Assembly (NCBI GenBank): GCA_963845065.1
Contig: CAWJQQ010000007.1
Location: 1-64,000, forward strand
Reading direction: 5' to 3'
DNA length: 64,000 bases
DNA from: Nitrospirota bacterium
GTDB lineage: Bacteria > Nitrospirota > UBA9217
Shown piece after piece: positions 9,408 through 18,938 of the stretch. The stretch's first letter is position 1; the number at the start of each line of letters is the position of its first letter. Under the pieces are notes generated by a model, which was not told the DNA's origin, searched no databases, and saw only the letters and a program-made list of their open reading frames with translations. Both the position numbers and the translations under genes were made by a program.

Positions 9408-10565
9408 CTATTTCTTTTTGGTTCTAAATTGTCTAAAGAATGCTCGAATGTCTTCGGCTAAAAGTTCTGGTTCTTCCATTGCTGCAAAATGACCCCCCCG
9501 AGGCATTTGAGTCCAACGCGTTATGTTGAGATTTTTCTCCGCCCATTCTTTTGGTGGTAACAATACATCCGAAGGGAAAAGTGCCACACCCGTGGGAACA
9601 TCAATTTTCCCCAATGGCGGCAACGAATGGGTGTTTTCAAAATACCTGTGTGCAGTGGAGCCTATGGTATTTGTGACCCAATAGATCATTATGTTGGTGA
9701 GCAGTTCATCATTGCCGAATTTCTGGTCAAGCTCACAATTGTAATCGCTCCATGCACGGAATTTTTCAATAATCCAAGCTGCCAATCCTGCCGGTGAATC
9801 GGAAAGCCCATAGGCGAGCGTCTGCGGCTTGGTCGACTGGAGAGATATGTAACCACCTTCCTGTGCAATCCATTTTTGAGCGTTTGCTTTGTATTGCAGT
9901 TCTTCTTTGGAAAGCGCTGCTTCATCTTGAGCGGTCATGAGCTGCCTGATTATCCCTATATCGGTGACGTGGATACCCACCAGAAGTTCGGGGCGTGTTG
10001 CAGCCAGATATCTGGTGACGCCCGAGCCCATATCTCCACCGCCTGCCGCAAATTTTTTGTAGCCGAGTTCTTCAGTCATCAGTTTAGCCCAGAGCTCTGA
10101 AACTGTAAAATTGTTAACGCCACCAACCGCAGGTTTGCCGGAAAAGCCAAAGCCCGGCATGGAAGGGACGATCACATCGAAAGCGTCATTTGGATCACCG
10201 CCGTGCCGCGCAGGATCTGCAAGAAGCGGGATAATCTTCTTGTAGCGTATAAAACTGTCCGGCCATCCGTGGGTAAGGATAATAGGTAAAGGATTGGGCC
10301 CTCTGCCGCGCTCGTGCATGAAGTGCACATTTACACCTTTTACAGTGCAGCAAAACTGAGAAAAGCGGTTCAATTCGGCTTCTTGCGCTCGCCAATCGTA
10401 ATGTTCCCGCCAATACGATACGAGCGACTGCAAATAGCCTTTTTCAGTACCCCGTTCCCAAGCTACATCTTCCAATTGGTCAGGCCAGCGGATATGATCA
10501 AGTCGATATTTCAGATCGTCAAGTACGTCTTTGGCAATTTGGATATTGAAACGTTCAACAGCCAT
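9408..10565 (-). CDS. Epoxide hydrolase (EHN + alpha/beta hydrolase), carried as a gene cassette
   Basis: HGWP, PSMPGFGFS, GGDMG, GGHFAAMEEP; GTTAGGC core site 48 bp upstream and attC downstream. Confidence 0.92.
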   Translation of the reverse strand: MAVERFNIQIAKDVLDDLKYRLDHIRWPDQLEDVAWERGTEKGYLQSLVSYWREHYDWRAQEAELNRFSQFCCTVKGVNVHFMHERGRGPNPLPIILTHGWPDSFIRYKKIIPLLADPARHGGDPNDAFDVIVPSMPGFGFSGKPAVGGVNNFTVSELWAKLMTEELGYKKFAAGGGDMGSGVTRYLAATRPELLVGIHVTDIGIIRQLMTAQDEAALSKEELQYKANAQKWIAQEGGYISLQSTKPQTLAYGLSDSPAGLAAWIIEKFRAWSDYNCELDQKFGNDELLTNIMIYWVTNTIGSTAHRYFENTHSLPPLGKIDVPTGVALFPSDVLLPPKEWAEKNLNITRWTQMPRGGHFAAMEEPELLAEDIRAFFRQFRTKKK

Positions 10566-10818
10566 AATGATCCTCCTTAGTGAATCGGTCAGTCTTGCAT
10601 TAGCCAGTCTTTCGCCTAACCAGATATTGAACTAAGCCGCTACGCGGCGGTACTCTTCACTCACCACTGATTTTATCTGCAATCCCTTCGCAATTATCTC
10701 CAAATAATATCACGCTCTCACATATTGCTTCACAATCCCTGCTGATTTACAATTTTCCCTCGCATCACCATCGGCGTCACGCCGTTGGAATTTCAAGTCA
10801 GCGGAAGGAGATTGTGCA

Positions 10819-11676
10819 ATGGAAACGTTCAAAGAACAGATGCAAGGCGACATGGTGCTTCGTAACTTTAGTCCGCATACGCAAGAAGCGTATCACCGGG
10901 CAGCTCGCTATTTAGAGCTGCATTTCAACAAGCCGCCCGACCGTCTTGGGCAGAACGACATCAAGTCGTTCCTGCTGTCCGTCGTCCAGAACAGGAAACT
11001 ATCCCCATCCTCTTTGAAAATCACCTACGCCGCGCTGCGGTTTCTTTATGAAACCACGCTCAAAAAAAGATGGGTGATGGACAAAATACCCTATCCAAAG
11101 TCGGCCAAAAAGCTTCCCACCGTTCTCGAACGGAACGAAGTCGAAACCATACTGATGTCCGCTGGCGGCCTGAAGCAGCGCGCGATGCTGATGGTAACCT
11201 ACTCCGCAGGCCTCCGGGTAAGCGAGACCGCCCATCTCAAAATATCCGACATCGACAGTAAGCGTATGCTTCTCCGTGTAGAACAAGGCAAAGGGAAAAA
11301 GGATCGGTATACCTTGTTGTCGAAGCGCACCCTAGAGACACTCCGAGAGTACTTTAAGAAGTATCTCCCCAAACACTGGCTCTTCCCAGGAGGAATTCCT
11401 GGACAGCCCATAAGCATTACCACCATCCAGCAAGCGTTCAAACGCGCGAAACGCAAGTCCGGCATCATCAAGTCCGCAAGCTGCCATAGCCTGAGACACA
11501 GCTTTGCAACACATTTGCTCGAGGCCGGGGTGGACCTTTATAACATTCAACTGCTGTTGGGCCACGCATCAATCAGGACGACCACGATCTACCTCCACGT
11601 GAGCAAGAAAAACCTATCAAAGATTGTGAGTCCTCTCGATATCGACAATTCCTCTAACTCCGAAAAGACTTCGTAG
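10819..11676 (+). CDS. Tyrosine recombinase
   Basis: YSAGLR, GKGKKDR, HSLRHSFATHLLEAG, LLGH..TTIY. Confidence 0.93.
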   Translation: METFKEQMQGDMVLRNFSPHTQEAYHRAARYLELHFNKPPDRLGQNDIKSFLLSVVQNRKLSPSSLKITYAALRFLYETTLKKRWVMDKIPYPKSAKKLPTVLERNEVETILMSAGGLKQRAMLMVTYSAGLRVSETAHLKISDIDSKRMLLRVEQGKGKKDRYTLLSKRTLETLREYFKKYLPKHWLFPGGIPGQPISITTIQQAFKRAKRKSGIIKSASCHSLRHSFATHLLEAGVDLYNIQLLLGHASIRTTTIYLHVSKKNLSKIVSPLDIDNSSNSEKTS

Positions 11677-11698
11677 CCGGACCGCTTGTCGCTTCGCC

Positions 11699-12892
11699 AT
11701 GTGTGCACGAGAAGTCAGACAGCTTGAGGTTGCGGATATCCTACGCCGGTACGGCCCTGATTACCGCAGCGCCCATCCCATGCCCGCGAATCGTCTTCGC
11801 GCTATGCGCGCAATAGAAACTTGCCGCACAGCTGATTTGGGTGGCCACGTGGATGAGTGTGAGCACTGTGGGACAAAGGTGATCTCGTACAACTCCTGCA
11901 GAAACCGGCACTGTCCCAAATGCCAGTTCCTGAAGAAGGAAAAGTGGATCGAGGACCGGGAAAAAGACCTGCTTCCCATACCGTACTTTCACGTTGTTTT
12001 CACCATTCCTGATAAGCTGAATCCTCTTGTCCTCCGGAATCAGGAAGTCCTCTATGGGATCCTGTTCAAAGCCGTTTCGGAGACTCTGACGGAACTCTCG
12101 AAAAACCCGAAACACCTGGGGGCGGAGATCGGGTTCACCAGCATCTTGCACACCTGGGGTCAGAACGTCTTGAACCATCCCCACATTCACAACATCGTCA
12201 CTGGCGGAGGATTGTCCAGTGATGGGCGGAAATGGAAGTCATGCAAGAATGACTTCTTTGTCCACGTCAAGGTGATGTCGAATCTTTTTCGGGGAAAGTT
12301 CCTCGCTTATCTGAAAAATCTTCGTGTCGAAAACAAACTCGTTTACCCCGGCGACATAAGCCATCTTGCGTCGCCGGGGGCTTTCAATGCCTTAATCACC
12401 GACCTGTATAAAAAGAAGTGGGTCGTCTACTGCAAGCCACCCTTTAACGAAACCAAGGACGTTCTTGAGTATCTCGGCAGATACACCCACCGAATCGCGA
12501 TCAGCAATCACCGGCTCGTGAAGCTCGAAAACGACGAAGTCTCTTTCCGGTGGCGGGACTACTCCGATAACAACAAAGTCAAGATCATGCCCCTTAAAGC
12601 CGATGAGTTCATTCGGCGGTTACTGCTTCATGTGTTGCCTGACAAGTTTGTGAAAATCAGACATTACAGCTTGTTGGGAAACAGATGCCGCAGGAAGAAA
12701 CTCGACCGGTGCAGAGAGCTTCTGGCCTGCACCAATCAGAACGAATCGGAACAGAAGACAGAAACGTGGCAAGAAGCTTTACTCCGATTTACCGGCATCG
12801 ACATCGCATTATGTCCTGCCTGCGGTGAACGAAAAATGCGTACCATGGAGATTATACAGCCTGCTCGTTGCAAAGGACCGCCACGCATATGA
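11699..12892 (+). CDS. IS91-family (HUH/Y2) transposase-like protein
   Basis: SCRNRHCPKC, HPHIH, YLGRY. Confidence 0.93.
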   Translation: MCAREVRQLEVADILRRYGPDYRSAHPMPANRLRAMRAIETCRTADLGGHVDECEHCGTKVISYNSCRNRHCPKCQFLKKEKWIEDREKDLLPIPYFHVVFTIPDKLNPLVLRNQEVLYGILFKAVSETLTELSKNPKHLGAEIGFTSILHTWGQNVLNHPHIHNIVTGGGLSSDGRKWKSCKNDFFVHVKVMSNLFRGKFLAYLKNLRVENKLVYPGDISHLASPGAFNALITDLYKKKWVVYCKPPFNETKDVLEYLGRYTHRIAISNHRLVKLENDEVSFRWRDYSDNNKVKIMPLKADEFIRRLLLHVLPDKFVKIRHYSLLGNRCRRKKLDRCRELLACTNQNESEQKTETWQEALLRFTGIDIALCPACGERKMRTMEIIQPARCKGPPRI

Positions 12893-13095
12893 ACATCACT
12901 CAAACCGAAAAAACAGCCTCCCTATCCCAATCCGAAAACGGTCATGTTCTTCGCAACAATATTCTATTGTCCAAAGGACATTTTTCCTGCGAGTTGGGAT
13001 TGCGAAATTGCCTTGAATCGCTTCTTCTCACTCGAAAATCACCCGTCACAGGCCTTATGCCCCAGCCGATGCAGTACTCAATACCCTCGCTTTAA
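12889..13095 (+). CDS. Putative small third ORF of the element (68 aa)
   Basis: ATGA overlap with the transposase stop; reading frame conserved in element B. Confidence 0.4.
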   Translation: MNITQTEKTASLSQSENGHVLRNNILLSKGHFSCELGLRNCLESLLLTRKSPVTGLMPQPMQYSIPSL

Positions 13096-14120
13096 AGAGA
13101 AAAAACATTTGAAATCCCATAGCGTCGTGGCGCGTACGGCATAGTTCAACCAGCTTCTTTCTGAATAAGGCATTTCAGAAAGAAGCCTAAGTATTATCTA
13201 GCCGCATCCGGCTAGTAAAGAACGCTTTTTCGGTGTTTACTAGTTTAGCAAGATGTATGCCGGATTACCCCCTGAATCCTGACAACTTTATGCCTGGCCA
13301 GGAAACTTGTCAACGATTCCTATGGGGTTATATATGGGTAGAGCATGAGGTCAGACTTCTCCAGTTAAACATGGAATAAATTTTCTTCAAGACTACCCAA
13401 AATAGAAACCTCCTGCTAAGAATAAGTTTATTGGGGAACTAAATTCTTTTGACAGGAGGTTTCTATGAACTATGTAGATGATATCAGGCTCAAGCAGTTT
13501 CAGCAACTGAAAAAGGAGATTCGCGGTTCAGAGCAGCATTTGATTGTCGGGATTGACGCTGCGAAAGAGAAGCACCGTGCATTCTTCGGCACGGCACAAG
13601 GTAAGACGCTTTTGAAGAACTTGGTCTTTGATAACACGGTTGAAGGGTTTGAAAAGTTGGATGGTACAGTGGAACGTATTAAGGTTCAATACTCCCTATC
13701 GAAGCTTGTTTTCGGCATCGAACCGACTGCGAACTACCACAAGCCCCTGGCGGAGCATTTGATCAAGTGCGGGCGGATGGTCGTTCTTGTTGGTGGTGTG
13801 GCAGTCAAGAACAACCGGCAGCTCCTGAATGGCCGATGGGACAAAAACGATGACAAGGATTCGGCAAATGTTGCAGATCTCATCGCTCAAGGGAAGTGCA
13901 TGTAATGCGGTGCACCGCATTACATACATTGAACTAAGCCGCTACGCGGCGGTACTCTTCACTCACCACTGATTTTATCTGCAATCCCTTCGCAATTATC
14001 TCCAAATAATATCACGCTCTCACATATTGCTTCACAATCCCTGCTGATTTACAATTTTCCCTCGCATCACCATCGGCGTCACGCCGTTGGAATTTCAAGT
14101 CAGCGGAAGGAGATTGTGCA

Positions 14121-14978
14121 ATGGAAACGTTCAAAGAACAGATGCAAGGCGACATGGTGCTTCGTAACTTTAGTCCGCATACGCAAGAAGCGTATCACCG
14201 GGCAGCTCGCTATTTAGAGCTGCATTTCAACAAGCCGCCCGACCGTCTTGGGCAGAACGACATCAAGTCGTTCCTGCTGTCCGTCGTCCAGAACAGGAAA
14301 CTATCCCCATCCTCTTTGAAAATCACCTACGCCGCGCTGCGGTTTCTTTATGAAACCACGCTCAAAAAAAGATGGGTGATGGACAAAATACCCTATCCAA
14401 AGTCGGCCAAAAAGCTTCCCACCGTTCTCGAACGGAACGAAGTCGAAACCATACTGATGTCCGCTGGCGGCCTGAAGCAGCGCGCGATGCTGATGGTAAC
14501 CTACTCCGCAGGCCTCCGGGTAAGCGAGACCGCCCATCTCAAAATATCCGACATCGACAGTAAGCGTATGCTTCTCCGTGTAGAACAAGGCAAAGGGAAA
14601 AAGGATCGGTATACCTTGTTGTCGAAGCGCACCCTAGAGACACTCCGAGAGTACTTTAAGAAGTATCTCCCCAAACACTGGCTCTTCCCAGGAGGAATTC
14701 CTGGACAGCCCATAAGCATTACCACCATCCAGCAAGCGTTCAAACGCGCGAAACGCAAGTCCGGCATCATCAAGTCCGCAAGCTGCCATAGCCTGAGACA
14801 CAGCTTTGCAACACATTTGCTCGAGGCCGGGGTGGACCTTTATAACATTCAACTGCTGTTGGGCCACGCATCAATCAGGACGACCACGATCTACCTCCAC
14901 GTGAGCAAGAAAAACCTATCAAAGATTGTGAGTCCTCTCGATATCGACAATTCCTCTAACTCCGAAAAGACTTCGTAG
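14121..14978 (+). CDS. Tyrosine recombinase
   Basis: Identical protein to 10819-11676. Confidence 0.93.
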   Translation: METFKEQMQGDMVLRNFSPHTQEAYHRAARYLELHFNKPPDRLGQNDIKSFLLSVVQNRKLSPSSLKITYAALRFLYETTLKKRWVMDKIPYPKSAKKLPTVLERNEVETILMSAGGLKQRAMLMVTYSAGLRVSETAHLKISDIDSKRMLLRVEQGKGKKDRYTLLSKRTLETLREYFKKYLPKHWLFPGGIPGQPISITTIQQAFKRAKRKSGIIKSASCHSLRHSFATHLLEAGVDLYNIQLLLGHASIRTTTIYLHVSKKNLSKIVSPLDIDNSSNSEKTS

Positions 14979-15000
14979 CCGGACCGCTTGTCGCTTCGCC

Positions 15001-16194
15001 ATGTGTGCACGAGAAGTCAGACAGCTTGAGGTTGCGGATATCCTACGCCGGTACGGCCCTGATTACCGCAGCGCCCATCCCATGCCCGCGAATCGTCTTC
15101 GCGCTATGCGCGCAATAGAAACTTGCCGCACAGCTGATTTGGGTGGCCACGTGGATGAGTGTGAGCACTGTGGGACAAAGGTGATCTCGTACAACTCCTG
15201 CAGAAACCGGCACTGTCCCAAATGCCAGTTCCTGAAGAAGGAAAAGTGGATCGAGGACCGGGAAAAAGACCTGCTTCCCATACCGTACTTTCACGTTGTT
15301 TTCACCATTCCTGATAAGCTGAATCCTCTTGTCCTCCGGAATCAGGAAGTCCTCTATGGGATCCTGTTCAAAGCCGTTTCGGAGACTCTGACGGAACTCT
15401 CGAAAAACCCGAAACACCTGGGGGCGGAGATCGGGTTCACCAGCATCTTGCACACCTGGGGTCAGAACGTCTTGAACCATCCCCACATTCACAACATCGT
15501 CACTGGCGGAGGATTGTCCAGTGATGGGCGGAAATGGAAGTCATGCAAGAATGACTTCTTTGTCCACGTCAAGGTGATGTCGAATCTTTTTCGGGGAAAG
15601 TTCCTCGCTTATCTGAAAAATCTTCGTGTCGAAAACAAACTCGTTTACCCCGGCGACATAAGCCATCTTGCGTCGCCGGGGGCTTTCAATGCCTTAATCA
15701 CCGACCTGTATAAAAAGAAGTGGGTCGTCTACTGCAAGCCACCCTTTAACGAAACCAAGGACGTTCTTGAGTATCTCGGCAGATACACCCACCGAATCGC
15801 GATCAGCAATCACCGGCTCGTGAAGCTCGAAAACGACGAAGTCTCTTTCCGGTGGCGGGACTACTCCGATAACAACAAAGTCAAGATCATGCCCCTTAAA
15901 GCCGATGAGTTCATTCGGCGGTTACTGCTTCATGTGTTGCCTGACAAGTTTGTGAAAATCAGACATTACAGCTTGTTGGGAAACAGATGCCGCAGGAAGA
16001 AACTCGACCGGTGCAGAGAGCTTCTGGCCTGCACCAATCAGAACGAATCGGAACAGAAGACAGAAACGTGGCAAGAAGCTTTACTCCGATTTACCGGCAT
16101 CGACATCGCATTATGTCCTGCCTGCGGTGAACGAAAAATGCGTACCATGGAGATTATACAGCCTGCTCGTTGCAAAGGACCGCCACGCATATGA
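15001..16194 (+). CDS. IS91-family (HUH/Y2) transposase-like protein
   Basis: Identical protein to 11699-12892. Confidence 0.93.
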   Translation: MCAREVRQLEVADILRRYGPDYRSAHPMPANRLRAMRAIETCRTADLGGHVDECEHCGTKVISYNSCRNRHCPKCQFLKKEKWIEDREKDLLPIPYFHVVFTIPDKLNPLVLRNQEVLYGILFKAVSETLTELSKNPKHLGAEIGFTSILHTWGQNVLNHPHIHNIVTGGGLSSDGRKWKSCKNDFFVHVKVMSNLFRGKFLAYLKNLRVENKLVYPGDISHLASPGAFNALITDLYKKKWVVYCKPPFNETKDVLEYLGRYTHRIAISNHRLVKLENDEVSFRWRDYSDNNKVKIMPLKADEFIRRLLLHVLPDKFVKIRHYSLLGNRCRRKKLDRCRELLACTNQNESEQKTETWQEALLRFTGIDIALCPACGERKMRTMEIIQPARCKGPPRI

Positions 16195-18297
16195 ACATCA
16201 CTCAAACCGAAAAAACAGCCTCCCTATCCCAATCCGAAAACGGTCATGTTCTTCGCAACAATATTCTATTGTCCAAAGGACATTTTTCCTGCGAGTTGGG
16301 ATTGCGAAATTGCCTTGAATCGCTTCTTCTCACTCGAAAATCACCCGTCACAGGCCTTATGCCCCAGCCGATGCAGTACTCAATACCCTCGCTTTAAAGA
16401 GAAAAAACATTTGAAATCCCATAGCGTCGTGGCGCGTACGGCATAGTTCAACCAGCTTCTTTCTGAATAAGGCATTTCAGAAAGAAGCCTAAGTATTATG
16501 CGGTGTAACTAAATTTGCAAGACGATTCTACTCCGTTGAAATAATTGCATTGTCGTCGGTCTCCAAGGTTCACCTCTCCGCATAACAATATACTCTGCAT
16601 TATGCTTGTTTTATGAATATCCCCTGATGACGCTTCGGAACGTGCGTACGCTCGTGGCGCTCAAGAGGCGACTGAAAAAGCGAGAACAAGGAATAAGCAC
16701 ATGTATCCGCAACAACCTCCTTGCGGAGTATTTCCCCGAGCTGGACCAACACTTCGGCCACCCGGAAACCCTGTCCGTAGTGCGGGAATGCCTCGATCCG
16801 TCAGAGATCGCCGGGATGGAATACGACGCATTCTATCGCACCGTAGTGTCGGGTAGAAGAACCTTGGCGAAGGGACGTCGGATCGGTGTGATCTGGAGAA
16901 CCGCAGTCGACTCCATCGGCTGCACCATGGGAGAGGCGGCATCTTTTGAAGCCCAGGTCATGGTAGACAGTCTGAAGCAGATCAGGCAGACCATCGAGTC
17001 GGTGGACGATAAGCTCGAAGATGCCTGCCTAGAGTTTCCCGAGTACACGTATCTTCTGAGCATTCCGGGCTTCGGGCCGGATCTCTCCGCAAAGGTGCTG
17101 GGCGCCATCGGCGACCCCTATAGGTTTACCAGTGCAAAGCAGGTGTTGAAAATGGCTGGCCTTGACCTCTGCGCGAACCGAAGCGGGAAGACGTCAAATG
17201 CCGCGACGCCGGTTATCTCCAAGCAGGGGAAGTCCGATCTCCGGTACGCTCTGTATCAAGCGGCGTTTATTGCCTCGTTTCATAACAAGGACTTTATCGC
17301 CTACTTTACGAACAAGCTCAAAGGGCGGGCAAAAGAGAAAGGTATCGGCACAAAAATGCGCATCAAGCTCGCCGCAAAGCTCTTGATAATCGCCTGGACG
17401 CTGATGAAGAAGAAAGAGATGTTCGATCCGGCGTACCTCACTACGGGGGATACTAAGGCATAGGCCAATCTAAAAGAACTCAATGACGGGCTTCCTGCGC
17501 AATTATTTTCTGAGCTGGAAGCCCGAAAAAAACAATTTTCGACGTAGAGAGCCCGGTCTCGATGGGATTGAGGCATATGACCTCGGAAAATACAATACAG
17601 GGCCTCTTACTAAACTTGAAATTTTGGATAAAGGATGCTAGGCGGCCAATGCACGCCGAATAATTTATAACCCTCAGAAGTCAAGTTTGCATTATGTAAG
17701 AGAACTCGTCGAACAAAACTTGTAACATCTGTAAAGGATGAACAGTGAAGGTGTGTCCTGAAATCGGCATAAAAAATAAATCGAGTAAATCTCTTGGCTT
17801 ATGATTTTTCCAAAGTGATCCTTGACAGGAGGACCATAGGATGTATTTTATGGGTATATGCAGAAGAATACAGGTTGTAACTTTATATTATTGCGAAGAG
17901 TAGAAACTCCAATGCTTCAGGATGAAGTGCATATTTTGAAAAATTATTATAGATTGCACAATACATATAGAATCTTGTGCATGATATCATTATTACAAAT
18001 AGAATCTTGGTATCACCCTAAAAACAACCGAGAGGCCAAATCAATGGGAGAGCCATGCGTATATTAATTGCCATAAGCACTTTCAGAGCTCGGCAAACAA
18101 ATTTTCAGTGAAGTCCGCACCGCCCGATTTTTCAGAGCCTCATCTCGCACCACCGCCTCCACCTCCTCTTCCTCCCACGCAATAGTTGAGGATGACTCAA
18201 TAATATTATTGATTCCCGGCGTAGATTTATTAACTGACAACATCTTTTTTCCCTCTGTCAACGTTAATCCACTGAGTGCTCACAATGTATCGTTGAA

Positions 18298-18549
18298 TCA
18301 TCGGATAGCGGTACGGAGCACGGACTGGGTTTTTTGCCACTGCGTCATAAGCCTGGAAAAGGCGTACCAATCGAAGTAATCGGTGTCATCGCCCATTTCT
18401 CCCGCTTCGAACCGTTTCAAAAATGAACTGGTCGTAAGGTGGTGTTTTTGCTCCAGTTCTTTGAGCGCTTTTTTGTAAAAGGCAATTGCGCTTGAGCATA
18501 AAGCATATTCTCGTTTGAGAGATGATTTCGTTTTGGCTGTTAATTGCAT
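18298..18549 (-). CDS. Putative antitoxin (TumA-like)
   Basis: LEQKHHLTTSSFLKRFEAGEMGDDTDYFDW resembles small antitoxins partnered with DUF6516/TumE; TA context. Confidence 0.5.
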   Translation of the reverse strand: MQLTAKTKSSLKREYALCSSAIAFYKKALKELEQKHHLTTSSFLKRFEAGEMGDDTDYFDWYAFSRLMTQWQKTQSVLRTAIR

Positions 18550-18598
18550 AGATATTTTATATAACAACTGAGACGACAAATCAAGGCGTCTAGTCTTA

Positions 18599-18631
18599 GT
18601 TGCGAAGGACGCGATCCTGGGGAAGAAGTAA
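18599..18631 (+). repeat. HU-gene 3'-end repeat, copy 1
   Basis: GTTGCGAAGGACGCGATCCTGGGGAAGAAGTAA = VAKDAILGKK*. Confidence 0.8.
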
Positions 18632-18658
18632 TACTCAGCCCAAAAAAGTGGTACAGTT

Positions 18659-18740
18659 ATGGCCCAGCAGATAAAAATATGGTATGACGCGGAAGGTGAT
18701 TTTTTAGAGGTTATGTTTTCAGACAGTACAAGGGCCTTCT
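18659..18740 (+). pseudogene. DUF2283-like gene fragment
   Basis: MAQQIKIWYDAEGDFLEVMFS, after which similarity is lost. Confidence 0.5.
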
Positions 18741-18904
18741 TAATGCGGTTGGGAGGCCCCTTTTATGTAATTTGGACATCCGCCTTGGTCCATTTTGGAC
18801 AGTTATGTTATGTCGTCCAAATTTAGACGTATGACGACTAAAGCCATTTTCATAAAACCTTCCGGCGCGATCGACTTTTGTCGTGCCCGCATTAAAAATC
18901 CTAT

Positions 18905-18933
18905 TTGACATTACAATCGATTGGTTGTATAAA
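18905..18933 (+). promoter_or_regulatory. Promoter with TACAA-N8-TTGTA operator for the TA operon
   Basis: TTGACA at 18905, TATAAA 17 bp later, palindrome between them. Confidence 0.6.
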
Positions 18934-18938
18934 TAAAC

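Larger units (their letters stand above)
10626..13195 (+). mobile_element. Tyrosine recombinase + IS91-like element, copy C1
   Basis: Boundaries defined by identity with copy C2 (offset 3302); ends ATTGAACTAAGCC ... GTTCAAC-hairpin-CTAAGTATT. Confidence 0.92.
13928..16497 (+). mobile_element. Tyrosine recombinase + IS91-like element, copy C2
   Basis: Apparently identical to C1; all translated ORFs are identical. Confidence 0.92.
13465..17463 (+). pseudogene. IS110-family recombinase split by an insertion (13465-13899 + 16606-17463)
   Basis: DEDD motifs IVGIDAAK, GIEPT and KNDDKDS; C-terminal SIPGFG, NRSGK and ISKQGKSDLRYALY; halves rejoin in frame as QGKC|LFYEYP. Confidence 0.88.

Noticed and set aside
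13900..13930. Chromosomal dif site
   Set aside because: Only a XerC-like arm is present, there is no TTATGTTAAAT-type XerD arm, and it lies inside an IS gene
1470..14978. Calling the four tyrosine recombinases intI or xerC/D
   Set aside because: They are about 285-290 aa, lack the IntI-specific insertion before the HxLRH box, and each lies inside a mobile element coupled to a Y2 gene
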